64,000 nt of DNA from Sphingomonadales bacterium (GCA_011088215.1 JAALKD010000003.1:29763-93762); one strand, 5' to 3'; numbered from the stretch's first letter, positions 49,768 to 58,417 are shown. Notes: a model not told the origin generated them from the sequence alone. Program-made: numbers and translations.

Positions 49768-50712
49768 CTATTCTACGTAGCCGTCCGGGTAACCTTTTGG
49801 CAATCCGGCGTCAGGCACAAATCCATAAAGGGGTTCGCCCGGCAAAGCTGCAGATACAATTTTTCGCACATCAAGTAGCTTCTCAAGATTAACTCCGGTT
49901 TCCAGTCCCATACTATCGAGCATATAAACTAGGTCTTCGGTAACAATGTTTCCGCTGGCGCCAGGCGCAAACGGGCACCCGCCAATGCCGCCCAGCGATG
50001 CATCAAATGTCGTAATACCAACTTCAAGACCCGCAAGGACATTTGCCAGACCTACACCCCGTGTGTTGTGTAGGTGCAGACCGTTAAGTTTATCTTCTCC
50101 GACCACATCTTTAACCGCTTTAACCAGACGTTTTACATGTGTTGGTGTCGCGTAACCAGTGGTGTCTGACAGTCCAACTTCATCGCAGCCGGCTTGCATC
50201 AATTGTTCCGCTAGACTCAATATCTCGGCCTCATCAATCGGGCCTTCAAGGGTGCAGCCAAAAGCAGTCGAAAGTCCACCCTCAAAGAATGGTCGCTCGC
50301 CTTCAGGCTGCGCCGCAATCATACCGGCAATAGCCGTTGCTTCATCGATCATTTGTTTGTGAGTGCGCCGTACGTTCTCCAAACTATGAGTCTCACTAAC
50401 CGATAGTGGGATAGTGATTTTGTCAACGCTTGCTCGCACCGCGTTTTCCGCACCTTTCAGGTTAGGAACCAAAACCGCAACTTTCAAACCCGGTAGCGTT
50501 TTAGCAAAAGCCACCAGCTCTGCGGTATCAGCAAGCTGAGGCAAGAGGCTCGCAGGCACAAATGAGCCTACTTCAATTTCAGGCACGCCCGCTTCAAACT
50601 CTGCTTTGATCCATGCTTTTTTGGCCTCAAGCGGCATAATGCGATCGATACTCTGTAATCCGTCGCGCGGCCCGACTTCACTGACTTCAATCACTGATTT
50701 CTTCCTGTTCAT
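49768..50712 (-). CDS. Second HMG-CoA-lyase-family acyl-CoA lyase
   Basis: EVGPRDGLQS, LSDTTG, HLHNTRGVG, GGIGGCPFAPGASGNIVTEDL. Confidence 0.92.
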   Translation of the reverse strand: MNRKKSVIEVSEVGPRDGLQSIDRIMPLEAKKAWIKAEFEAGVPEIEVGSFVPASLLPQLADTAELVAFAKTLPGLKVAVLVPNLKGAENAVRASVDKITIPLSVSETHSLENVRRTHKQMIDEATAIAGMIAAQPEGERPFFEGGLSTAFGCTLEGPIDEAEILSLAEQLMQAGCDEVGLSDTTGYATPTHVKRLVKAVKDVVGEDKLNGLHLHNTRGVGLANVLAGLEVGITTFDASLGGIGGCPFAPGASGNIVTEDLVYMLDSMGLETGVNLEKLLDVRKIVSAALPGEPLYGFVPDAGLPKGYPDGYVE

Positions 50713-50770
50713 CACAAACACCTGACGCCTTAACATCAAATTCGAGTTGTCAAAATTATTTAATTGATCT

Positions 50771-50784
50771 ATTGTTATACCAAT
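50771..50784. promoter_or_regulatory. ATTG-N-TATA-N-CAAT operator copy
   Basis: ATTGTTATACCAAT between the divergent lyase and CoA-transferase genes. Confidence 0.7.
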
Positions 50785-50875
50785 CAATGTTTTCGGTGCA
50801 AGAGTAGAGTTGAATTGCGTCTAAATTTGCAGCGAACAATCCAATACTGCGCACCATAGTAGGGACCGAATATAA

Positions 50876-52069
50876 ATGGCCGGCAAGCTTCAGCGCCCCT
50901 TAAGTGGGATCAAAGTTATCGAATTTACCCATATGGTAATGGGGCCAACGGTTGGACTGATTTTGGCGGACCTTGGTGCTGACGTGATCAAGATTGAACC
51001 AACTAAAGGTGACAATACCCGCCGACTTATCGGGTCGGGCGCAGGTTATTTTCCAATGTACAACCGCAATAAGCGTAGTATTTGCCTCGATATTAAAACC
51101 GAACGCGGCAAAGAAATTGCCAACAAGCTTATCGAAAAGGCAGACGTGTTCGTCGAAAACTTCCGACCGGGCGCCATGGACAAACTGGGTTTCAGCTATG
51201 ACGCCGTGTTTACCAACAACCCCAAACTGGTTTACTGTTCGGAAAAAGGATTTCTATCCGGCCCTTATGAAGACCGTGCCGCATTAGATGAAGTCGCACA
51301 GATGATGGGCGGTCTGGCTTATATGACTGGTCCGCCCGGCCGCCCGCTGCGCGCGGGTGCCAGCGTAACCGATGTTACTGGCGGCATGTTCGGGGCTATT
51401 GCTATTCTTGCTGCACTGGAAGAACGTCATCGCACAGGCAAAGGCCAATATGTCAAAAGCTCACTTTATGAAACAAGCGCCTTCCTGGTTGGGCAGCATA
51501 TGGCTCAATATGCAGTTACAGGTACGGCCGCTCGCCCCATGGCGGCTCGGATTTCTGCCTGGGCTATCTACGATATTTTTGAGACTTCAGATAATGATCA
51601 GGTCTTCGTGGGGGTAGTAAGTGATACCCAGTGGCGTCTATTTTGCGATGCATTCGATCTGTCAGAATTAGCCGAACACCAAGACTATGCACAAAACGCG
51701 GCACGAGTGGCAAAGCGCGATGAACTTATTCCAAAGATCGCCGGGATTTTCAAAAATTATACAAAAGCAGCATTGATGGAAAAGTTGGAATCGGCCGGAT
51801 TACCTTTCGCCCCAATCAACAGACCCGAAGATTTGTTCGATGACCCGCATTTAAGCGCTGGTGACAGTCTTATTGATGTTTCCTTATCCGATGGCGCCAA
51901 GGCGTCACTGCCTGCACTTCCAATCGAAATGGCTGGGAAACGCCCTGACCTCTATCAGGATCTGCCCGGCATCGGTGAACATACAAACAGCGTATTGGAA
52001 GAGATCGGTTATTCGTCCGAGGAAATTGAAATATTGGCGACTGACTTGGTAACAAAACGCTCAGGCTAG
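50876..52069 (+). CDS. Class III CoA-transferase (CaiB/BaiF)
   Basis: MVMGPTVG, VIKIEP, NRNKRSICLD, ENFRPGAMDKLG, SVTDVTGG. Confidence 0.92.
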   Translation: MAGKLQRPLSGIKVIEFTHMVMGPTVGLILADLGADVIKIEPTKGDNTRRLIGSGAGYFPMYNRNKRSICLDIKTERGKEIANKLIEKADVFVENFRPGAMDKLGFSYDAVFTNNPKLVYCSEKGFLSGPYEDRAALDEVAQMMGGLAYMTGPPGRPLRAGASVTDVTGGMFGAIAILAALEERHRTGKGQYVKSSLYETSAFLVGQHMAQYAVTGTAARPMAARISAWAIYDIFETSDNDQVFVGVVSDTQWRLFCDAFDLSELAEHQDYAQNAARVAKRDELIPKIAGIFKNYTKAALMEKLESAGLPFAPINRPEDLFDDPHLSAGDSLIDVSLSDGAKASLPALPIEMAGKRPDLYQDLPGIGEHTNSVLEEIGYSSEEIEILATDLVTKRSG

Positions 52070-53079
52070 CTTACGTGAACGATTTGCTTGCCTACGTTTT
52101 TACCGTCATAAAGCCGGATCAAAGCTGTTGGCATCATCTCTAGCCCCTCCAGTCGGTCTTCCTGATAGGTCAAATCACCACTAGCAATCCATTCCGCCAT
52201 TGTCGCCTCGGCTTCAGCAAACATCGGCGCATAGTCATAAACGAAAAAGCCCTGCATTTTAGCGCACATATGGCCGATTTCGCCCCAGTTCCGCAATCGG
52301 TAAGGCTCATCGTTCAAATATTCTGATATACGCCCACAACAAATGATCCGAGCATATTTGTTAATATGCAACAGCACTTGGTCAAGGATCGAGCCGCCTA
52401 CATTGTCGAAGAAAATATCGACCCCGTCCGGCGTCACTTGAGAAAGCGCTTCGCCAACGTCCTGATCACGGTAATTGATCGTCGCGTGGCACCCCAGTTT
52501 TTCCTCGAGCAAACGACATTTTTCGTTTGAGCCAGCAATGCCGATGACCCTGCAGCCCATGAGGCGTGCCAATTGCACCGCTGTGCTCCCAACACCGCCA
52601 AGCGCGCCTGAGACAACAACGGTTTCACCTTTCTTGGGTTTGCCAATATCCTTCAACGCGCAGTAGGAAGTAAAGCCAGTCATGCCGAGTACACCCAGGC
52701 CTGTGGCAATCGGCGCGACAGTTTGGCGAATGGCAAACATCAGACTACCCGGCGCGCCGTCCGCTACCGCATAATCCTGCCAGCCAAGCTTTCCTTGCAC
52801 GATTGTGCCAACGGGCCATTCGGTATTGCGGCTTTCGACAATTTCACCAACACCGCGGCCGCGCATCACATCACCGATTGCCAGAGGTTCTTCGATACCC
52901 GCACCATCAATCATGTAATTGCGCATAACCGGGGCAACCGAGAGATAGCGTGTGCGAAGTAGAAATTCGCCCTTCTCAATTGAAGGAATGGCTTTTTCCT
53001 GCAGGCTAAAGTCACTCTCTTTAACTGCGCCCACCGGGCGAGCTGCGAGACACCACTGTCGGTTTACTTTTACGGTCAT
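52066..53079 (-). CDS. Second NADP-dependent alkenal/ene reductase (MDR, prostaglandin-reductase-like)
   Basis: YLSVAP, LGVLGMTGFTSY, VSGALGGVGS, FFDNVGG, GKNVGKQIV. SD AAGGA. Confidence 0.9.
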   Translation of the reverse strand: MTVKVNRQWCLAARPVGAVKESDFSLQEKAIPSIEKGEFLLRTRYLSVAPVMRNYMIDGAGIEEPLAIGDVMRGRGVGEIVESRNTEWPVGTIVQGKLGWQDYAVADGAPGSLMFAIRQTVAPIATGLGVLGMTGFTSYCALKDIGKPKKGETVVVSGALGGVGSTAVQLARLMGCRVIGIAGSNEKCRLLEEKLGCHATINYRDQDVGEALSQVTPDGVDIFFDNVGGSILDQVLLHINKYARIICCGRISEYLNDEPYRLRNWGEIGHMCAKMQGFFVYDYAPMFAEAEATMAEWIASGDLTYQEDRLEGLEMMPTALIRLYDGKNVGKQIVHVS

Positions 53080-53189
53080 ACTTGTTTCCTTCACCGGAGT
53101 AAGCATGAAGAGAGAATACACTCGCTATGATGTAGATCATTTCCGCGCCGCATACCGTATAGCAGGCTCCGAAAAAAGGAGATTAACCT

Positions 53190-54002
53190 TTGAGCATCAC
53201 GCAATCTTTTGTGCAGCTACATCACGGACAAATACACTTCCGCCTCAAGGGCGACGGGCCACCGCTGATCCTTTTGCACCAGTCTCCACGTTCATCATCG
53301 GAATATTTGTCGTTGATTGAAAAATGGTCTGAGCAATTTCAGATCATCGCGCCCGACACGCCCGGCAACGGTCTTTCCGATGCGCTCCCTGGTAAGCCAA
53401 CCATGTTCGATTATGCCGATGCGCTGGTTGAATTTATGGATAAACTGGAGCTAAAAACCGTCTATCTATATGGTTTTCACACTGGTGCCAGTATCGCAAC
53501 CGCCGCCGCGTCCCGGTATCCGCATAGGATAGAATTTGCCATTGGTAATGGGCTTGCACTTCTGGAAGAAGATCAGCGCCGAGATTTTCTAGACAATTAT
53601 ATGCCCAAAATCGATTATCAGGCCGATGGGTCACATTTAAGTTGGCTTTGGAGCAGAATTCAGAAACAAGCCAAGTACTTTCCTTGGTACAGCACAAAAG
53701 ACAAAGACCGCCTGAGCATAGGGGCCTACAGCACCGAAAAATGTCAGGAAATATTGATGGATTTTCTGCTTGCCGGAAACAATTACCGCGCACCCTACAG
53801 GGCAGCCTTTGCTTTTGAGCCAGTAACTGCCGGCATTTTACCAGCCAACAATCTCTGTGTTTGCGCTTCAAAAACAGACCCTCTTTATCCGGGTTTGTTG
53901 AAGCTCCCCAAAAAACAAAAGTTCTTCGAAGCAGAAGACCACATTTCATGCGAAAAACAAGCACTGGATATTCTAAAAGAAAAGGCGGCCCAAGCTTATT
54001 AA
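53190..54002 (+). CDS. Second alpha/beta-hydrolase-fold protein with GFHTG elbow
   Basis: PLILLHQSPRSS, PDTPGNGLSD, YGFHTGAS. TTG start after SD AAGGAG. Confidence 0.82.
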   Translation: MSITQSFVQLHHGQIHFRLKGDGPPLILLHQSPRSSSEYLSLIEKWSEQFQIIAPDTPGNGLSDALPGKPTMFDYADALVEFMDKLELKTVYLYGFHTGASIATAAASRYPHRIEFAIGNGLALLEEDQRRDFLDNYMPKIDYQADGSHLSWLWSRIQKQAKYFPWYSTKDKDRLSIGAYSTEKCQEILMDFLLAGNNYRAPYRAAFAFEPVTAGILPANNLCVCASKTDPLYPGLLKLPKKQKFFEAEDHISCEKQALDILKEKAAQAY

Positions 54003-54010
54003 GCCACTTT

Positions 54011-54313
54011 TCATGAGCTGTTTTTTATCACGCTTATTTTTGTGCAGCTTGCCTGTATCCAACGAAGGTTGATGGCAACCCTGTCGCTATCTGGCTCGGC
54101 CCAGGCATTTGACACGGCGCGGTCCTGAATCCGGATCTCGTGTTCCATCAAAATAGACTTGCTCCATATTGTCAAACTCGCCCTCAAGCTAGGAAACCAT
54201 GGTATTAAAATCGCGCTTCAATACATCGGATTTATCAATCACTTCAGCAGGGTGGCCAATCCAATCAAACATGCGGTTGATAAAATCAACATACGTTTCA
54301 ACATCTTACTCAT
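54011..54313 (-). pseudogene. Remnant of a secreted CpcT/CpeT-like (bilin-lyase-family) gene
   Basis: ATG 54313 after GAGAGGA gives MSKMLKRMLILSTACLIGLAT. A frameshift leads into PAEVIDKSDVLKRDFNTMVS*LEGEFDNMEQVYF (TAG at 54191-54189). A second shift leads into DRAVSNAWAEPDSDRVAINLRWIQASCT, ending at TGA 54013-54011. Family assignment is from recalled N- and C-terminal motifs. Confidence 0.6.
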
Positions 54314-54379
54314 TTTAAAATCCTCTCCCTCTCAACACTCTGGCTAAGCCTGTATATTTACAAGTTAATTAATTGACAT

Positions 54380-54393
54380 ACTATTATATCAAT
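54380..54393 (-). promoter_or_regulatory. Degenerate operator copy upstream of the TonB receptor
   Basis: ATTGATATAATAGT on the minus strand, within the near-palindrome TACTATTATATCAATAGTA (54379-54397). Confidence 0.5.
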
Positions 54394-54513
54394 AGTACAA
54401 GTAATTAGCGCTGAGATCCAAACAATTGCGTAATTTTGATATGTCGTGGTTGCCAAAAAGTATCCAGCCGGGGAGTGAACCTAATTCAACGATCCTTATC
54501 GGAGGGGTATCAA

Positions 54514-56922
54514 ATGATTTACAAAAACAGACTGATGGCAACGGCGGCGATGAGCGTCGTGCTAGCTGTTCCCAGTCTTTCATCGTCTGTTTCAGCTCAA
54601 AATGCTGACGCCGACGACTTCGCAATTGAAGAAATTATTATTACATCGCGCAAGCAAGCCGCGAGCCTGCAGGACACGCCGATTGCGATCACAGCATTCA
54701 ACACTGAACAGATGATTCAGGCGGGCTTCAACAATATTATAGATGTCGCCAAAGCAACACCGGGTTTGTTTATCGAAGGCTATAATGATCGCAATGCGCG
54801 AGTTGCCACATCGCCGCGCTTCCGCGGCATCACCGTTGACAACAGCGACCCACTGCTGCGTACAGCTTCTGTCTTCATCGACGGGATATATGTGTCGGGC
54901 GGCATTCAGGGCCTCGGGGTTCAGGAACTGGAACGAATTGAAATTATTAAGGGCCCGCAATCTGCACTATTTGGGCGGAACACCTTTGCCGGTGCCATCA
55001 ACTATATTACCAAAGATCCAGGGGAAGAATTCAAGGTTGATATTTCAGGTCTTGCCGCCACCCGCGATGAATATCGTGGCTCCATCGGCATCGAAGGCGG
55101 CAGCGAAACTGTTACTGCCAGATTGAATGCAAGCTATGATTTTGTCGGCGGCCATTATGATAATGCCAACGACCTCGATCAGGAATTAGGCGAAGAGAGC
55201 ACATGGTCGATCAGTGGTACTTTGCTGTTTAAGCCAAATGAAAACTGGCGCGTAAAAGTACGCGGTCTTTACTATGAAGATGATGATGGCCCTGGAGCAG
55301 TTGCCCGCGTTGGCGGTTTTGCCGAGCATAACTTTGGCGGCTTCCCAGATGGCAACGGCGGCACGACTGAACGCGCTTTCCAGGGAACGCTCAGGATTCC
55401 GGACGATAGCGAAGTAGGCGCTAATACAACGGCAGCAGATTTTGATGCCGCGCTTGCTGCCCTCGCCAATCTGGGCACTGCAACAGACGTTGGTATCACG
55501 CTGGAAGAACTTGGCGGCTACGGCTTGAAACGGGAAGCTTACCGCGGCAGCTTCGATAGTTCGTACGATTTTGATAATGGCATGTCGTTTGATGTGCTGT
55601 TTGGTTACAACAAAGAAACTTATCTGTTCTTTGGTGATTTCGACAGTACTGGAACCTTCGGTTTCAATACATCCGGCACAAGCGATCTGGAAGATATCAG
55701 CATTGAATCCCGCCTCTCAGGAAAAGCTTTTGACGACAAGCTGACCTGGACAGTCGGAGGTAACTATTTAGACATTGATATCCTAACCGCTGGCGGCTTC
55801 TATGACGGCATTCTGGATTTCTGGTTCTCAGGTGTTATCGGGCCGGCGAATGCAACCGGCGCCAAAACAAAAGGTATCTTTACCACGCTGGACTATCAAA
55901 TTAACGAACAGTTTCAGTTGATCTTTGAGGGTCGTTACCAGGACGACGAAATTACCAACGCTGCTGTAACAAACGGTGTTGCGTCTTTTGACAAGTTCCT
56001 ACCGCGCGTGGTGTTAAACTATACGCCAAACGACGACACTCTGCTGTATGCTAACTACAGTGTCGGCAACCTTCCTGGCGGATTTAATGCTGAAGTCGCA
56101 GAGCTGGATGCAGAGCAATTGCGTCAGCTGGAAATTGACAACCCCGGCATCGACAGTTCGTTTAACGAGGAAAAACTCGAAAACTACGAACTGGGTTGGA
56201 AACAATATTTCAACGATCGGCGCGGCGTATTCAATTTGGCGGCCTTCTACATGAAACGAAGTGACCAGATTTTCTCTGGCTTTGCCTTCATTGATGAAAC
56301 CGACCCCAACGCACCCAATCCGGTTCGCACAGTGGCCTTCACTGGTAACGGTGCAACAACCAATATTTACGGGCTCGAATTAGACACCACCGTTAACCTG
56401 TCTGAAGCGCTAACCTTCCAAGGCTCGCTGTCATACATCGATGCCAAGATCGCAAGCTTCCCGGAAGGTGGTGGGTCTGGTGACTTCGGTGATGTGTTCG
56501 GCGACGATGCTGATGTAACAGGCCAGCGGGCACCGCGCTTCCCGAAATGGGCGTGGTCAGCAAACATGACATACGAAAAGCCGCTAGAAGCCAATTTCAT
56601 GGGTATGGAAGACGGTGTTTGGTTCACACGGGCAGACGTGTTCTATACGGGGTCGTTTTTCGACAGCAACACCAATCTGGCTGAAACGCAAACAGCCTAC
56701 GATGTAAACCTACGGACGGGCGTTCGTAACGGCGATATGTCGGTCGAGATTTATGTGTCAAACTTGTTCGGTGAAGATGCGCCGAGTTCTGCGAACAACA
56801 TCGCAGACACCAGTGCTGATGTGAGATTCGGCAGCGGCTTCTTCGACTTCTCGCAAGAAAGTATCCATGTTGCATTGCGCCGCAAACGCCAGTTTGGCAT
56901 GCGCTTCAACTATACATTCTAA
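54514..56922 (+). CDS. TonB-dependent receptor
   Basis: SD GGAGGGG, signal peptide, IEEIIITSRKQAASLQDTPIAI, RIEIIKGPQSALFGRNTFAGAINY, C-terminal RQFGMRFNYTF. Confidence 0.95.
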   Translation: MIYKNRLMATAAMSVVLAVPSLSSSVSAQNADADDFAIEEIIITSRKQAASLQDTPIAITAFNTEQMIQAGFNNIIDVAKATPGLFIEGYNDRNARVATSPRFRGITVDNSDPLLRTASVFIDGIYVSGGIQGLGVQELERIEIIKGPQSALFGRNTFAGAINYITKDPGEEFKVDISGLAATRDEYRGSIGIEGGSETVTARLNASYDFVGGHYDNANDLDQELGEESTWSISGTLLFKPNENWRVKVRGLYYEDDDGPGAVARVGGFAEHNFGGFPDGNGGTTERAFQGTLRIPDDSEVGANTTAADFDAALAALANLGTATDVGITLEELGGYGLKREAYRGSFDSSYDFDNGMSFDVLFGYNKETYLFFGDFDSTGTFGFNTSGTSDLEDISIESRLSGKAFDDKLTWTVGGNYLDIDILTAGGFYDGILDFWFSGVIGPANATGAKTKGIFTTLDYQINEQFQLIFEGRYQDDEITNAAVTNGVASFDKFLPRVVLNYTPNDDTLLYANYSVGNLPGGFNAEVAELDAEQLRQLEIDNPGIDSSFNEEKLENYELGWKQYFNDRRGVFNLAAFYMKRSDQIFSGFAFIDETDPNAPNPVRTVAFTGNGATTNIYGLELDTTVNLSEALTFQGSLSYIDAKIASFPEGGGSGDFGDVFGDDADVTGQRAPRFPKWAWSANMTYEKPLEANFMGMEDGVWFTRADVFYTGSFFDSNTNLAETQTAYDVNLRTGVRNGDMSVEIYVSNLFGEDAPSSANNIADTSADVRFGSGFFDFSQESIHVALRRKRQFGMRFNYTF

Positions 56923-57035
56923 GACAACGACCCCGGATGCAATCTGCAACCGGGGTTAACTAACCCTATTTTGTTTTGAGTATAGTCTCGGCTTCTAAAA
57001 TATATCTATTTTAGAGCCACCCTTCATGAAACTTC

Positions 57036-57064
57036 AAAGCCAGCTATAGTAGCTGGCTTTTTTT
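57036..57064. terminator. Bidirectional intrinsic terminator
   Basis: AAAGCCAGCTA-TAG-TAGCTGGCTTTTTTT. Two further hairpins lie upstream at 56930-56956 and 56990-57018. Confidence 0.85.
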
Positions 57065-57089
57065 CTCAGGTTCGTATCGACGGCATGCC

Positions 57090-57902
57090 CTAAGTTTCGG
57101 CTTTCCAAAAATTCGACTCTTCACCTTCGATACGCGCCAAACTCATATTCAGCTGATACAGATCAGGACGGTAAAGCACCGTAATAAATTCAACTGGTCG
57201 ATCATTACCGTCAAATACCACACGCATCACTTTCAAAAGTGGACTACCAACATTGACCCCAAGCGCTGGCGCGGTCTTACCGTCCGCCAATGTCGCAGTA
57301 ATAGACTGCCGAGCGCGCGAAATGCGCACACCGGCGCGCTCCAGAAGCGCAAGCAATGGCTGATTTTCCATCTCATCACGCTCAAAAGAATGTCCAATAT
57401 CCGCAGGCACGTATGTTTCAACAAATGAAAAGGGCGTATCATCTTTATGCCGAACCCGAATAGCGCGTTGCACCGAAGCCCCAACTTCAATATCAAGTGC
57501 CTCGGCCGCGCGCGGCGGTGCGCCCACATAATCAAATTCCAAGATTACAACATGAGTTTCCTGGGCAATGGTCAACAGGTTTTCGAGCAACCCATCCATT
57601 GTCTCTGCGCTTTTAGAGGGTACTGGTGTGGAAAAGGTTACCACTGTGCCGCGGCCGCGCTGGCGCGCAACCAAACCATCTGCAGCAAGTTCATCCAGCG
57701 CGCGTTTAGCCGTAATCCGTGACACGCCAAAAACTTTTTCAATCTCATGCTCACTCGGGATCAAAGAACCATCAGTATAGTCGCCAGAAACAATTTTCTC
57801 CCTGAGCAAGACATAAATCTGATGATACAGCGGTGTAGGCAAATCCTCACTGACCCGCTCGGTTGCCGAGAAGGATAACATTGACGACGTTTTTTTGTTC
57901 AT
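57090..57902 (-). CDS. GntR-family regulator (HutC subfamily, UTRA domain)
   Basis: PLYHQIYVLLREKI..G...IPSEHEI...FGVSRITAKRAL..L...G.VARQRGRGTVV plus UTRA-type C-terminus. Confidence 0.92.
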   Translation of the reverse strand: MNKKTSSMLSFSATERVSEDLPTPLYHQIYVLLREKIVSGDYTDGSLIPSEHEIEKVFGVSRITAKRALDELAADGLVARQRGRGTVVTFSTPVPSKSAETMDGLLENLLTIAQETHVVILEFDYVGAPPRAAEALDIEVGASVQRAIRVRHKDDTPFSFVETYVPADIGHSFERDEMENQPLLALLERAGVRISRARQSITATLADGKTAPALGVNVGSPLLKVMRVVFDGNDRPVEFITVLYRPDLYQLNMSLARIEGEESNFWKAET

Positions 57903-58021
57903 AGACCCCACCAAAAATTACTCAAGGACAAGAAGGTTGCCAAAAATTTCGCCTGAGCCCCTCACGCGAATTTAAGTGGCTATTGATGTGCATCAACGCC
58001 CGTCCACTTCAATCTACCTAT

Positions 58022-58035
58022 ATTGATATATCATT
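58022..58035. promoter_or_regulatory. ATTG-N-TATA-N-CAAT operator copy
   Basis: ATTGATATATCATT, sharing 15 consecutive bases (TATATTGATATATCA) with the 46420 palindrome; lies in the promoter divergent from the HutC-type regulator. Confidence 0.75.
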
Positions 58036-58120
58036 TGACCACAGTCCGCAATCACCGATACCGGTCAATTATAGTCTTTTACCAGGGCAGAAATTCAAGC
58101 TCAAACAAGGGAGATCGAGC

Positions 58121-58417
58121 GTGGCTGCATATATGGTTATTTTGGCCGAAATCCAAGACAGACAAGGTTTTATGTCTTATGCAAAAGAGGCTGCCCAGTT
58201 GATTGGAAAGTTTGGCGGCACCTACATTATTCACCGCGCCGAACGTTCCGAATGTCTTGAAGGTGATTGGCCGGATGAGACCAAAGTTGTTATATCTCAT
58301 TGGCCTTCATTTGAAGCCGCAAAAAAATTCTGGCAATCGCCAGAGTATGCCGAAATTAAGAAGTTGCGCCTGGGTAATTCGACCGTACGCGTTCGCCTTG
58401 TCGAGGCAGTTGAATGA
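58121..58417 (+). CDS. DUF1330-family protein (dimeric alpha/beta barrel)
   Basis: AAYMVI..I.D...F..Y......I.KFGG.Y, LEG.W, WPSFEAAKKFWQSPEY. GTG start after AAGGGAG. Confidence 0.85.
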   Translation: MAAYMVILAEIQDRQGFMSYAKEAAQLIGKFGGTYIIHRAERSECLEGDWPDETKVVISHWPSFEAAKKFWQSPEYAEIKKLRLGNSTVRVRLVEAVE

